From the NCBI GenBank assembly GCA_963836915.1, contig CAWILH010000002.1, positions 19,010 to 83,009 on the forward strand: 64,000 nucleotides of DNA, read 5' to 3'. Positions 15,929 to 26,650 of this stretch are shown here, piece after piece. Both the position numbers and the translations under genes were made by a program. The notes beneath the pieces are model-generated. The model had not been told where the DNA came from. It saw only the letters and a program-made list of their open reading frames with translations, and ran no database searches. Origin of the DNA: an uncultured Cryomorphaceae bacterium. GTDB taxonomy: Bacteria > Bacteroidota > Bacteroidia > Flavobacteriales_D > Cryomorphaceae. The number at the start of each line of letters is the position of its first letter. Positions within the stretch are counted from its first letter, which is position 1.

Positions 15929-17719
15929 TCAAATCTCCCTTAAAAATCCCGGTTTATTCTTTCGGTCATTGATGCGGGCGGCGGCGTTTACCAAACCTAC
16001 ATGGCTATAAGCCTGCGGGAAGTTGCCCCACATCGATCCATCGCGCTCATCCACATCTTCGCTCAGAAGCCCTACGTGATTGCTATAGCTTATTATTTCT
16101 TCAAAGGCTTCCATGGCATCATCCACGCGGCCTACACAGGCAAGCGCTTCGGCGTACCAGAAGCCGCAGATGAGAAAGGTCGTCTCGGGCTCGCCAAAAT
16201 CATCGGCCTGCTTATAGCGGTAGAAGAGTCCCTTGCCAGCCCGCAGGTCTTTCTCCAGAGCCTTTAGATGATCCTTCGCCCGGTCAGAGTGGTGGGGGAT
16301 ATAGCCCATGATGATGAGCTGGAGTGTGCTGGCATCCATATGTACATCGCCTATGCCACGGGCGTAGGCCTTGCGGTCGGTGAGGTAACACTTGCTGATC
16401 AGAGCATCTGCGCGATCTATCAATTTTTGCGCACGCACTTGGAGCGGCTTGTTCTCGAGCTTTTGGGCTATCAAGCGCGCGGCATTGCTTCCCGCCCATT
16501 GAAAAAGGTTGGTATAGGCGTGCTGGTAGGCCAAGTTTCGAAACTCCCATATTCCCGCATCGGCTTCATCGATGGTCATCTCGATTTTATCAAGCACTGA
16601 ACTCACCAGCCGGTCGGTCTCCGCGCCAGGATGATCTTTGAAGCGATCATCCACATAGAGCGGTAAGATTGCCAAGAGTATCTGCCCATAAACATCATTT
16701 TGAATGTGGGTATAAGCATCATTTCCAGTTCGCACGGGCGTATTGTCAAGATAGCCCGGCAGGTCGTGCTCCAATTCGGTGAGTACCGCTTCTCCTCCTA
16801 TCCCGTACAGTGGCTGTATGCGCTTCCCATCGGCCAGGGGTATGTTGGTGATGTACGAGAAGTACTTCTCCATCTCTTCAAAATGGCCTATATTATTGAA
16901 GGCATTTAGGGTATAATAAGTGTCCCGCATCCAGCAATAGCGGTAATCCCAGTTGCGCGTGCTTCCCGGCGATTCGGGCAGCGATGTGGTGGGCGATGCG
17001 ATGATGCCGCCGGTATCTTCGTACTGACAGATCTTCAGCGCCAGTGCAGAACGTATCACCGCTTCTTGGTAGAGCGGGCCTATACTGGTAGATTTCACCC
17101 AGCGCTGCCAATAATTGCGCGTGCGCGTGAGAAAGGTCTCGCAGGTCTCTTGCAGGGCACCTTCGAGCGGCACACCGTACGAAAGGATCATATAGCAGGT
17201 CTCCCGAAGCACAAATTCGGTTCCATCCAAAATATAGCTCAGCGGAATATTGGTGGTAAGGCGCAGCGATTCTTCCAGCCCACTATAGCGTATATGATTG
17301 CTGCCCCGCTCCACATCCAGCTCTTTTTTACCATAATCGCCTACGGGCAGGCAGGTGGCCTTCACGCGTGGGAATCCATCTACCGGCTCTATCTTCCGTA
17401 TCAAGAACGCCGGCCGGTAGTACCGGTCATTTTGCATAAATCGCGGTGCAAAGTCGGTGACGCGGTAGCTTCCATCGCCAGTGCTTATCAGCGTGGTAAG
17501 GATGTTGGTATTTGAAACATACTTCTGGTTGCATTGATAGTCTTTTGCAGCAGGCTTTATGCTAAATTGACCGCCCTTTTGCCCCGCTATCAATTCGCCA
17601 AATACAAAAGTGCTGTCGAAGCGCGGCAGGCACATCCATGTTATATTGGTGTCGGTGCCGATCAGCGCCAAGAAAGCGCAATTGCCAATAAGTCCGTAAT
17701 TGTATTGATGTTTTGCCAT
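15929..17719 (-). CDS. Glycoside hydrolase family 15 (glucoamylase/trehalase-like)
   Basis: TTSLPE..G..RNWDYRYCWMRD, GIWEFR and GNFPQAYSH motifs. Confidence 0.93.
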   Translation of the reverse strand: MAKHQYNYGLIGNCAFLALIGTDTNITWMCLPRFDSTFVFGELIAGQKGGQFSIKPAAKDYQCNQKYVSNTNILTTLISTGDGSYRVTDFAPRFMQNDRYYRPAFLIRKIEPVDGFPRVKATCLPVGDYGKKELDVERGSNHIRYSGLEESLRLTTNIPLSYILDGTEFVLRETCYMILSYGVPLEGALQETCETFLTRTRNYWQRWVKSTSIGPLYQEAVIRSALALKICQYEDTGGIIASPTTSLPESPGSTRNWDYRYCWMRDTYYTLNAFNNIGHFEEMEKYFSYITNIPLADGKRIQPLYGIGGEAVLTELEHDLPGYLDNTPVRTGNDAYTHIQNDVYGQILLAILPLYVDDRFKDHPGAETDRLVSSVLDKIEMTIDEADAGIWEFRNLAYQHAYTNLFQWAGSNAARLIAQKLENKPLQVRAQKLIDRADALISKCYLTDRKAYARGIGDVHMDASTLQLIIMGYIPHHSDRAKDHLKALEKDLRAGKGLFYRYKQADDFGEPETTFLICGFWYAEALACVGRVDDAMEAFEEIISYSNHVGLLSEDVDERDGSMWGNFPQAYSHVGLVNAAARINDRKNKPGFLREI

Positions 17720-17817
17720 TTTTGGTTCTTTGGTGGATTAGACCTATTTTAAGCGGTTTGGTTCTCTAGTTCTCTCACAGTGGGGTAGAATTGGTTCAGG
17801 CTATTCTGCCAATGTTT

Positions 17818-19338
17818 TTAACGTCTTTTAATTCCCAATACGCCAAGAATCCCACGGGTCACTTCACGCACCACCGTTCGCGTCACCGAGCTTGCCATGA
17901 TGGTTTCAAAAGTGCTTTTTTTAGTTCGCGAGGTACGGGTGGTTTTTACCACTTCCACTTCTTTCGCTTTGACTTCTTCGGCTTTCGCCAATTTTGCGGT
18001 AAGCAGCTCGTAGGCGCTCTCCCGATCTACTTCCTGATTATATTTCGGTATGAGCTGGCTCTTTTTGAGCACCTGTTCGATCTCTCGATCGGTAAGGATA
18101 TCCATGCGCGATTGAGGCGCTTTCAGTAGCGTGTGTACCACCGGTGTGGGTCGTCCTTTCTCATTGAGCAATGTGATGAATGCTTCTCCTATACCCATGG
18201 CGGTGAGCAGTTGATCGGTCTCGTAAAACTCCGTGATGGGGTAGTTTTGAGCTACTTGCCTTATGGCTTTACGATCATTTGCCGTAAAGGCGCGCAAAGC
18301 ATGTTGCACTTTCATACCGAGCTGCCCGAGCACATCATCGGGTATGTCGGTGGGCAATTGGGTACAGAAAAAGATCCCCACGCCCTTCGATCGGATCAGT
18401 TTTATGATGGTTTCCAATTGGTCGCGCAGGGCTTTCGATGCTTCTTCAAACATCAGGTGGGCTTCATCAATAAAGATCACGAGTTCAGGCCGCTCGGCAT
18501 CGCCCCTTTCGGGAAATTTCTCGTAGATCTCGGCCAGCAGACACAGCATAAAGGTTGAAAATAATGCCGGCTTGCTCTGCATATCGGCCAGCCTGATCGT
18601 GCTTATCATCCCGCGGCCATTGGCATCGAGACGCACCAGATCGTTTACATCGGTACTTACTTCGCCAAAAAAACGCGACGCACCCTGCTGCTCCAGCGCC
18701 AGCAATTTTCGCATGATGGCACCCACGCTACTGGTGCTTACCAGCCCATACGAGCGCTGCACTTCATCTTTGGCCGCACCGGTGATGTGTTGCAGGGCAG
18801 CCCTGAAATCCTTTATGTCGAGCACGGGTAGGTGGTGATCATCGCAGTATTTGAAAGTAAGCGCCACAATACCTTCCTGTGTATCGTTGAGCCCTAGAAT
18901 CTTGCTGAGCAGTACGGGGCCAAACTCGCTGATAGTGGCACGCAGCCTTACTCCCGGCTCATCGGAGAGTGACATAAGCTCGAGCGGGAAGGCCAGCGGT
19001 AGCCAGCTTTCGCCAATCTTGGCGTGGCGCTCATCTATTTTGGGATGCGGATTTCCCCCCGCAGCCAGTCCGCTCAGGTCGCCCTTTATATCCATCAATA
19101 ATACCGGCACTCCCGCCTTTGAGAGCCCTTCGGCAATTCCTTGCAGCGTCTTGGTCTTGCCCGTGCCGGTGGCTCCCGAAATGAGTCCGTGGCGGTTGAA
19201 CATACTCAGGGGCGCGCGCACTTGGAGGCCTTCTACCGCTTCGCCTTCGTGCATGGCGCCGCCCATCAAAATAGAATCTCCTTTGAAAGTATATGCGGCT
19301 TTTATAGCTTCCGCAAAGGCGGTTGAATCATTACTCAT
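17818..19338 (-). CDS. DUF853 / HerA-like ATPase (YjgR family)
   Basis: NRHGLISGATGTGKT Walker A, FIDEAH Walker B, RSKGVG..FCTQ. Confidence 0.9.
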   Translation of the reverse strand: MSNDSTAFAEAIKAAYTFKGDSILMGGAMHEGEAVEGLQVRAPLSMFNRHGLISGATGTGKTKTLQGIAEGLSKAGVPVLLMDIKGDLSGLAAGGNPHPKIDERHAKIGESWLPLAFPLELMSLSDEPGVRLRATISEFGPVLLSKILGLNDTQEGIVALTFKYCDDHHLPVLDIKDFRAALQHITGAAKDEVQRSYGLVSTSSVGAIMRKLLALEQQGASRFFGEVSTDVNDLVRLDANGRGMISTIRLADMQSKPALFSTFMLCLLAEIYEKFPERGDAERPELVIFIDEAHLMFEEASKALRDQLETIIKLIRSKGVGIFFCTQLPTDIPDDVLGQLGMKVQHALRAFTANDRKAIRQVAQNYPITEFYETDQLLTAMGIGEAFITLLNEKGRPTPVVHTLLKAPQSRMDILTDREIEQVLKKSQLIPKYNQEVDRESAYELLTAKLAKAEEVKAKEVEVVKTTRTSRTKKSTFETIMASSVTRTVVREVTRGILGVLGIKRR

Positions 19339-19745
19339 TCTAAAATTTTAATCATTATTTAACCCTGTTTTTAATTAGGTTCTAGTCAGAATATTAAAAT
19401 CATTCTATTCTTGTATGCCCGATTTATGCACGGACTTCCTGTCGCGGCGAATTTAGGAATTTTGGTTTTGCCTTAAGCCGGGTGGGTGAAAACTTGTCGG
19501 GTAAATAATCTGAAGCCCTTCAAGGTCGAACCCCTGCAGAACCCCGCCAAAGAGCATCTGCACGTCCATTTTGGGAAGCTCATACTTGTGGCATTATCGG
19601 CCGCCCGCACAGGGTCGAGCCTGTGAACCGGCTCTAGTCATAATGGGAAGCTATTTCTATTTTTGCGGAAGCAATACCGTCTTCACGGTTGTCCAAAAGA
19701 TGATTACGATTAAAACCATTCTTCTATATTTGAGCTTCAAAAAAA

Positions 19746-21809
19746 ATGATAGAACCCATGACTAGCTCCTTCCTAAAAATTTCTGGTATCGCTGTAAGCA
19801 TCCTGTTCCTGACTTCCTGTGGTGATCAGGGCGCAGAGAAAAGCGCTGCCGAGACGGCCGACTCTACCGCTGCCGACGACTTTATGTATATGACGGAGCA
19901 GTTTGACGATATCAAAATCATACGCTATCAAATTCCGGCGTGGGATGAACTCTCGATGAACAATAAGAAGTTGGCCTACTACCTTACCCAAGCCGGACTG
20001 GCCGGAAGGGATATGATGTACGATCAAAATTACCGCCATAATCTGGTGATACGAAGAACACTGGAAGACGCTTACCGCGCGTATGAAGGCGATAAGGAAG
20101 CTGCCGACTGGAAGGCTTTTGAGACCTACCTGAAGAAAATCTGGTTCTCGAACGGAATCCATCACCACTATTCCCATGATAAATTTGAGCCGGGATTTAC
20201 ACGTGAATATTTAGGCAAATTGATGGAAGCTAGCGGCGGTAAGTTGTCGGAAGAAGTGCTGAATGTGATCTTCGATCCGTCCATCGATGCTAAAAAGGTC
20301 ACAAAGGATGCTACCAAGGATCTGGTTTTGGCCAGCGCTATTAATTTTTATGGCCCGAATGTGACCACCGCCGATGTGGAGAGCTATTACAAGAAGCTGA
20401 TGGCCGATAAAGACCCGGAGCGGCCTATATCTTATGGGCTTAACTCACGATTGGTAAAAGACTCTACCGGCACGCTATCTGAAAAGGTATGGAAAGTAGG
20501 CGGGATGTACAGCGCTTCATTGATAAAAGTGATAGGGTGGCTGGAGAAGGCAACGAGTGTAGCTGAGAATCCGCAGCAGAAAGAAGCGCTTGAGCTTTTG
20601 ATCGAATATTACCGTACGGGGGATCTTAAGAAATGGGATGATTATAATATCGCTTGGGTGAAGGATACGACCAGCACAGTAGATTATATCAATGGGTTTG
20701 TGGAAGTGTATAATGACCCGCTCGGCTACCGAGGCTCTTATGAGAATATCGTTGAGATTCGTGATCTGGATGCATCCAAAAAGATGAAGGTGATCGCCGA
20801 GAATGCACAGTATTTTGAAGATGTATCGTCTATCATGGATGAGCATAAAAAGAGCAAGGTGGTAGGGATATCCTATAATTTTATCAATGTAGCCGGCGAA
20901 GCTGGAGATGCTTCTCCATCTACCCCTATTGGTGTAAACTTGCCCAATGCCAACTGGATACGTGCGGAGCATGGATCTAAATCGGTAAGTCTGGGTAATA
21001 TCGTAGGCGCCTATGATAAGGCTGGTACATCCGGATTTTTGAAAGAATTCAGTAATGACAGCAACGAGATCATGCTCTCTAAGAAATATGGGAAGCAAGC
21101 CGATAAATTGCTTACCGCACTACACGAGGTCATCGGCCACGCTAGCGGAAAGATCAATCCCGGAGTTGGCACTCCGAAGGAAACGATGAAGAACTATTCT
21201 TCTACCCTTGAAGAAGCGCGTGCCGACCTCGTAGCACTCTACTATATGCTCGACCCGAAGCTTATCGAAATGGGAGTAATGGACGACCTTGACGTGGGGC
21301 GCCATGCCTATGATGACTATATCAAGAACGGCCTTATGCTTCAGCTGCGCCGCTTAAAGGCAGGCGAGATCATCGAAGAAGACCATATGCGAAACCGGCA
21401 GTTAAATGCTTCATGGGCATTCGAAAAGGGCGAAGCTGAAAATGTGATCTCTCAGGTGAAGCGCGATGGAAAGACCTATTTTGAAATCAATGATTACGAT
21501 AAGCTGCGAACCATCTTCGGCGATCTGCTACGGGAGATTCAGCGCATAAAATCTGAAGGAGACTTCCCGGCAGCGCAGGCGCTGGTAGAAGATTATGGCG
21601 TACAGGTAGATCAGGCAATCCACGCTGAGATGCTCGAGCGCTCGGCACAGTTTGACAGTGCACCATACGGTGGCTTTATCAATCCGCGCCTAGTGCCGGT
21701 TGAAGAAGATGGTTTTATAACCGATATCAAGGTTGAATACCCTACCGATTTTGCAGGTCAGATGCTGGAGTACGACGAAAAGTACACCACGCTTCCGGAT
21801 GTGAATTAA
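19746..21809 (+). CDS. Dipeptidyl peptidase III (peptidase M49), lipoprotein
   Basis: HEVIGH (HEXXGH) and EEARAD zinc motifs, GINLPN-like GVNLPN, lipobox LTSC. Confidence 0.93.
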   Translation: MIEPMTSSFLKISGIAVSILFLTSCGDQGAEKSAAETADSTAADDFMYMTEQFDDIKIIRYQIPAWDELSMNNKKLAYYLTQAGLAGRDMMYDQNYRHNLVIRRTLEDAYRAYEGDKEAADWKAFETYLKKIWFSNGIHHHYSHDKFEPGFTREYLGKLMEASGGKLSEEVLNVIFDPSIDAKKVTKDATKDLVLASAINFYGPNVTTADVESYYKKLMADKDPERPISYGLNSRLVKDSTGTLSEKVWKVGGMYSASLIKVIGWLEKATSVAENPQQKEALELLIEYYRTGDLKKWDDYNIAWVKDTTSTVDYINGFVEVYNDPLGYRGSYENIVEIRDLDASKKMKVIAENAQYFEDVSSIMDEHKKSKVVGISYNFINVAGEAGDASPSTPIGVNLPNANWIRAEHGSKSVSLGNIVGAYDKAGTSGFLKEFSNDSNEIMLSKKYGKQADKLLTALHEVIGHASGKINPGVGTPKETMKNYSSTLEEARADLVALYYMLDPKLIEMGVMDDLDVGRHAYDDYIKNGLMLQLRRLKAGEIIEEDHMRNRQLNASWAFEKGEAENVISQVKRDGKTYFEINDYDKLRTIFGDLLREIQRIKSEGDFPAAQALVEDYGVQVDQAIHAEMLERSAQFDSAPYGGFINPRLVPVEEDGFITDIKVEYPTDFAGQMLEYDEKYTTLPDVN

Positions 21810-21815
21810 ACTTTA

Positions 21816-21900
21816 GAGTCGTGAGTCGTGAGTCTCGATTTGAGTCGAGAGAGGTGAGTCGCGAGTCTCGAGGTGAGTCGGAAATATTGAGAAGTGAGTC
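21816..21900. repeat. Degenerate 7-mer tandem repeat (GAGTCGT-like)
   Basis: GAGTCGTGAGTCGTGAGTCTCG... immediately after the DPP III stop. Confidence 0.7.
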
Positions 21901-21991
21901 GGAAGTATTGAGCCATGCGAAGAGATGCTGAATAGGTGGTGAATTTTCCGATACATTCGGGACGAATCTAGACTCACAGGTGAGCTGATGG

Positions 21992-22453
21992 TGTTCCTGG
22001 ATGATGCTGATCGAAGATAGACCCCGCGGGTTTTTGAAACCCGCGGGGTCTGAAATGTATGATGGTGCTTGCGAACAAATAGAAGCGCAGCGCATCACAC
22101 AAGGCTCACAGCATTTCATTTGAAATTTGTATCGATACATATGAAGGCATCACCGCGCTGAGCTTGCCAATCCGTAAAGAGATATTTTGATGTTGTTCCT
22201 GCATGATGCTGATCGAAGATAGACCCCGCGGGTTTTTAAAACCCGCGGGGTCTGAAATGTATGATGGTGCTTGCGAACAAATAGAAGCGTAGCGCATCGC
22301 AAGGCTCACAGCATTTCATTTGAAATTAGTACCGATTCAAATGAAGGCATGACCGTGCTGAGCTTACCAATCCATAAAAAGATATTTTGATGTTGTTCCT
22401 GCATGATGCTGATCGAAGATAGACCCCGCGGGTTTTAAAAACCCGCGGGGTCT
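21992..22453. repeat. ~200 bp tandem repeat (2.3 units), each unit with a 33 bp REP-like palindrome
   Basis: Units start at 22001, 22203 and 22403. AGACCCCGCGGGTTT-N3-AAACCCGCGGGGTCT at 22019-22051, 22221-22253 and 22421-22453. Confidence 0.92.
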
Positions 22454-22580
22454 CGTAATGGGAGACGCTCTGGATGACAAGAGCCGTCCGGAGACAAAAT
22501 CCGATGTGAATCCTAGGCCTACCAAAATGGAACGACCATCTGGGAGTCCGTATGGAAAACCAAGCACCGAGCACCAAAAA

Positions 22581-23585
22581 CTAAAAACTCCCTCTCTCGA
22601 GACCCAGCCATTCCAAGGCGGCGCCGTGCAAGAGTTTTTCTTTGATGCCATTGGTATAAGGCATGGACTTGATCAAGGTGCCGGGCGCAAGTTCGCCGAG
22701 GGGGAAGGGATAGTCGGTGCCGAGTGCGATGCGGTCAGCGCCAAAGATGTCGACCACAAAGTCGAGTGCTTTAGGGTCGTGCACGAGTGAGTCGATCCAA
22801 AATTGGCCGATATAATCACGCGGGTTTATGGCATTGTCTATCGCGCAAAGGTCGGGGCGCACATTGAAGCCATGCGCTATGCGGCCTATGGTGCTCGGGA
22901 AAGATCCGCCGCCATGTGCGAAGGAGACGCGGAGCTTTGGCAGTCTCTGAAAAATACCGCCAAAGATCATGGAACATATGGCAAGGCTCGTCTCTGCTGG
23001 CATTCCCACCAACCAGGGCAGCCAGTACCGCTCCATTTTTTGCTTGCCCATCATGTCCCAAGGATGGACAAATACCGCCATATCAAGATCCTGACAGGCT
23101 TCAAAGAAGGGAAAAAGGTTGGGATCATTTAGGTTCCAATCATTCACATGGCTGCCGATCTCGACCCCGGCCAGACCAATACTCTTGCACCGCTCCAGCT
23201 CTTCTATGGCCATATCGGGTTCTTGAAGGGGCACCGTGCCAAGGCCAACGAACCGTTTTGGATAGCGGACTACAATCTCGGCAATATGATCGTTTAGAAA
23301 TTTGGATACTTCGAGGCAATCATCGGGCTTGGCCCAATAGCTGAACATGACAGGAACGGTACTGAGCACCTGAACATCTACGTGGTGCTGCCTGCACTCC
23401 TTGAGCCGGGCTTCGGCGTCCCAGCAATTATCTTCGATCTCCCTGAAAAACTTATTGTCCATCATCATCCGCGCGCAGCAGGGCTTGTGATGATCAAGGT
23501 GAATAAAACCACCATAACCGAAACGTTCCCGAAAGTTTGGGATATTTTCCGGAAGGATATGGGTGTGAATATCAATGGTAAACAT
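22581..23585 (-). CDS. Amidohydrolase, 2-amino-3-carboxymuconate-6-semialdehyde decarboxylase (ACMSD)-like
   Basis: IDIHTH, VFVHPW, AHGGGSFP and GTDYPFPLGE motifs. Confidence 0.88.
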   Translation of the reverse strand: MFTIDIHTHILPENIPNFRERFGYGGFIHLDHHKPCCARMMMDNKFFREIEDNCWDAEARLKECRQHHVDVQVLSTVPVMFSYWAKPDDCLEVSKFLNDHIAEIVVRYPKRFVGLGTVPLQEPDMAIEELERCKSIGLAGVEIGSHVNDWNLNDPNLFPFFEACQDLDMAVFVHPWDMMGKQKMERYWLPWLVGMPAETSLAICSMIFGGIFQRLPKLRVSFAHGGGSFPSTIGRIAHGFNVRPDLCAIDNAINPRDYIGQFWIDSLVHDPKALDFVVDIFGADRIALGTDYPFPLGELAPGTLIKSMPYTNGIKEKLLHGAALEWLGLERGSF

Positions 23586-24558
23586 AGCCCGATCGGATCA
23601 AATTGGCGTATTCTTTGGCGAAATAAGTGAGTATGATGTCGGCTCCGGCGCGCTTAATGCTGTAGAGTGTCTCTACCATTGCCTTGTCGCCATCGAGCCA
23701 GCCTTTTTCTACAGCGGCCTTTTGCATGGCATATTCGCCACTTACATTATAAGCCGCTATGGGCAAGGTGCTTACCGCTTTCAGCTCAGCGATTACATCG
23801 AGGTAGCAAAGGGCGGGTTTTATCATGAGCATATCGGCGCCTTCTTCTTCGTCGAGTAGCGCTTCACGGATGGCCTCAAGGCTATTTGCAGGATCCATCT
23901 GATAGGTTTTCTTATCGCCCGACTTGGGCGCAGACTCCAGCGCGTCGCGGAAGGGGCCGTAGAAGGCACTGGCATATTTGGCCGTGTAGGCCATGATGCT
24001 GGTGTGGGTATAGCCTTCGCGGTCCAGCTCGTGACGGATGTGGCCTACACGGCCATCCATCATATCGGATGGGCCTATAATGTCGATACCGGCCTGCGCC
24101 TGTGCTACCGACATTTTGGAAAGTATGGGAAGGGTGGGATCGTTTACGATCGCGCCATCTACTACCAGCCCATCATGCCCATCAGAACTGTAGGTGTCGA
24201 TGGCGACATCACTCATCAAAACCACTTCGGGGAAGCGGCTTTTCACATCACGGATGGCATCGAGGTAGAAATTATCTTCTGCGTGGGAATAGCTGGCGTA
24301 TTGATCTTTTAGCTTTTCGGCGACAGCCGGAAAAAGAACGAAGTTATTGATGCCAAGCCCCATGCAATAATCGATCTCGCTCAGCAGCTCTCTCCGTCCC
24401 AGCTGTGCCTGTCCAGGCAGGGACTTGATAGGGTTTCGCGCTGACTGATCGGCAGTAATAAATAAGGGATAGATCAATTGATCAAGGCGCAGGGTCGTCT
24501 CGCGCACCAGACTTCTGATACCGGGAGACTTTCTATTTCGGCGCGGTCTATTGATCAT
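23572..24558 (-). CDS. hemB: Porphobilinogen synthase
   Basis: SSDGHDG, PSDMMDGRV, KYASAFYGPFRDA and MIKPA motifs. Confidence 0.97.
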   Translation of the reverse strand: MINRPRRNRKSPGIRSLVRETTLRLDQLIYPLFITADQSARNPIKSLPGQAQLGRRELLSEIDYCMGLGINNFVLFPAVAEKLKDQYASYSHAEDNFYLDAIRDVKSRFPEVVLMSDVAIDTYSSDGHDGLVVDGAIVNDPTLPILSKMSVAQAQAGIDIIGPSDMMDGRVGHIRHELDREGYTHTSIMAYTAKYASAFYGPFRDALESAPKSGDKKTYQMDPANSLEAIREALLDEEEGADMLMIKPALCYLDVIAELKAVSTLPIAAYNVSGEYAMQKAAVEKGWLDGDKAMVETLYSIKRAGADIILTYFAKEYANLIRSGYVYH

Positions 24559-25039
24559 TCTTGGTGTACATCTCCATGGTGGTGATGAGCTCTTTTATCT
24601 TTTGGCTCACTTCATCAAGCCTGTTGCTGTATGCATTCTGTAAATCCAGAATCTCCTGATCGCTCATCGACTTTAAGGTAGCTTCATTCTGATGGTCGTG
24701 CGAGTGCAACGCACCATCACGATGATCGTGCTCCATACCGGGCACGCCCACCACCGAAGATTCCCAAGACGACAATAGCTTAAAACCACGGTCGAGGCTG
24801 CGCGCCATCGATTTATATGCTTTATAATTCACATCGTTCTCTCCGATAGATTCCATTCTGGCATTCACCTTCACCCGCTGCTCTTCCAGCACATTGTAGA
24901 TAGAGTCATGGTTGCTCATCATCTTATTATTTATGGCGGCGGCTTCTTTGAGCTTTCTGTTTTCGCTGCGGCCACCGCAAGCTACCATGATGATAGCCAG
25001 CAAGGCAATCGATGCGAACTTTAAGCTTTTTAATTTCAT
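24548..25039 (-). CDS. Hypothetical lipoprotein
   Basis: MKLK..lipobox MVAC; helical, with a His-rich patch. Start set at ATG 25039. Confidence 0.7.
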   Translation of the reverse strand: MKLKSLKFASIALLAIIMVACGGRSENRKLKEAAAINNKMMSNHDSIYNVLEEQRVKVNARMESIGENDVNYKAYKSMARSLDRGFKLLSSWESSVVGVPGMEHDHRDGALHSHDHQNEATLKSMSDQEILDLQNAYSNRLDEVSQKIKELITTMEMYTKNDQ

Positions 25040-25041
25040 AC

Positions 25042-25290
25042 TTACTCTTTCTTTTTTGGAACGGGATCCCATCCATGTGCGCCCCAGGGATGGCATTTGA
25101 CTATTCGCTTTAGCGCCAGCCAGCTGCCCTTAAATGGACCCCATATTTGAATAGCGGTGATGGCGTAGCTCGAACAGGTGGGTGCAAACCGGCAATTGGC
25201 TCCGAATAGCGGAGAGATGATCGCCTGATAGCTCCTGACCAAAAATATGAGTATGCTGCCCATCAATTTCACAGCGGTGAATTTACACAT
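25042..25290 (-). CDS. yidD: Membrane protein insertion efficiency factor
   Basis: [31 protein letters not shown]. Confidence 0.93.
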   Translation of the reverse strand: MCKFTAVKLMGSILIFLVRSYQAIISPLFGANCRFAPTCSSYAITAIQIWGPFKGSWLALKRIVKCHPWGAHGWDPVPKKKE

Positions 25291-25345
25291 TATGACCTAG
25301 AACTGGGGTAGTCTATGGTGGGAAATCTACGCTGGCATGCTTTTC

Positions 25346-26548
25346 TTAGATATTCAGTTTTTTCGCAATCTCCTTAGGTATAGCATCTTTGTGAAGGTAA
25401 ATGTTCATGGTCTTAAGCTTCACATAGGCTTCACTGGCAAAGAAATAGCCATCCAGCCCATTATAATCCGTACCCCAAGAGTTCTTTACGATGTAGTACT
25501 TATCGCCATTTTGATCTTCCATTATTCCAGTCACCTGCATGCCGTGGTCATCGGTGGTATCCCAATCATCAAAACCTTCCTGACGCATTTCCTGCGTTAC
25601 CTTCATTTGTGGTACCGGCTGCTCAAAGGCGTTGCTTATTTTTTCTGCTCCTGCATCACTGAAATTATTATTGTCTTTTCCTTTTACGTCTATGGTAGAT
25701 TCATCTTCTGGAAGTAATGCCAAGCCTTCGCGAAATGCAAACCCTTTTTCCGAGACATCGGCACCCCAGGCGAAAGAATATCCACCCATCACGGCACCAT
25801 CCATCACCTTCATCAGGTCTTCGAGGGGTAAATTATAGCTCTGCACGTGCAACCAATTATCGGGAATTTCGAGCATAAATGGTTGGTAGAAATCATGGTG
25901 CGTATAGCTGGTGAGCGATATGTAATCGTCCATATCAAGATCGAGCTCTGCGGCATAAGACTTTGGTGTATACTGCTTTCCATGGTATTCAAAAGACTCA
26001 GGCATCTCTCCCAGATACGCATCTACCACGGCATCATAGCCATCCTTCCAGCGGGGGGTGAGCTTCTTTTGCTTGTTTTCAACCACGGCTTCTACATAGG
26101 CCGTCAAGATATTGTCAAGCTCGGAATGATTATGCTCATCGGCTCCATAATTAAGGCCGCTATAGACTTCTTCGGGCACTATACCATATTTTTTCCAGAT
26201 ATGTGCAATGTCTACAAATGCTCCGCCAGCACCAAAATTGGTTTTGCCATGCATCCTCACGTAGCGCTCGGCTTTCTCCTTATAGGTATGATTTACGATA
26301 TACATCTCGCTCAGGTTCTGCTCGCCCTTGCCGCGGCGTATGAGTTCGCTCTCAAAGAAGGCGAGCGCAGAGAAACTCCAGCAGGTACCGGTGCGGTATT
26401 GATTTTGCACTGGGGTGGCTTCCACTTCTTTTACCACTCTGAAGTCGTAACCGCTTTCGGGTTTCAGTTTTATTACCTCGCCATCTTGGGCTATTGAGGT
26501 GAGCGCTGCCATGGCCGCTGTGATGGTGGCAATGAAATTAATTTTCAT
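25346..26548 (-). CDS. C1-family cysteine aminopeptidase (aminopeptidase C-like)
   Basis: QYRTGTCWSFS, DDHGM and VKNSWG catalytic motifs; signal peptide from MKINF. Confidence 0.9.
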   Translation of the reverse strand: MKINFIATITAAMAALTSIAQDGEVIKLKPESGYDFRVVKEVEATPVQNQYRTGTCWSFSALAFFESELIRRGKGEQNLSEMYIVNHTYKEKAERYVRMHGKTNFGAGGAFVDIAHIWKKYGIVPEEVYSGLNYGADEHNHSELDNILTAYVEAVVENKQKKLTPRWKDGYDAVVDAYLGEMPESFEYHGKQYTPKSYAAELDLDMDDYISLTSYTHHDFYQPFMLEIPDNWLHVQSYNLPLEDLMKVMDGAVMGGYSFAWGADVSEKGFAFREGLALLPEDESTIDVKGKDNNNFSDAGAEKISNAFEQPVPQMKVTQEMRQEGFDDWDTTDDHGMQVTGIMEDQNGDKYYIVKNSWGTDYNGLDGYFFASEAYVKLKTMNIYLHKDAIPKEIAKKLNI

Positions 26549-26650
26549 GAAATAGGTTTTTAAATTGGATGCGCAATATACGAAAAGCTGATTGTGCTGC
26601 TTCCGCAAAATTTGGCGCCGACCTAAACCAAAAAAAGTAATTTTGACCCA

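Noticed and set aside
21992-22453. CRISPR array
   Set aside because: The linkers between palindromes are ~170 bp near-copies of each other, not unique 30-40 bp spacers, and no cas genes are present.
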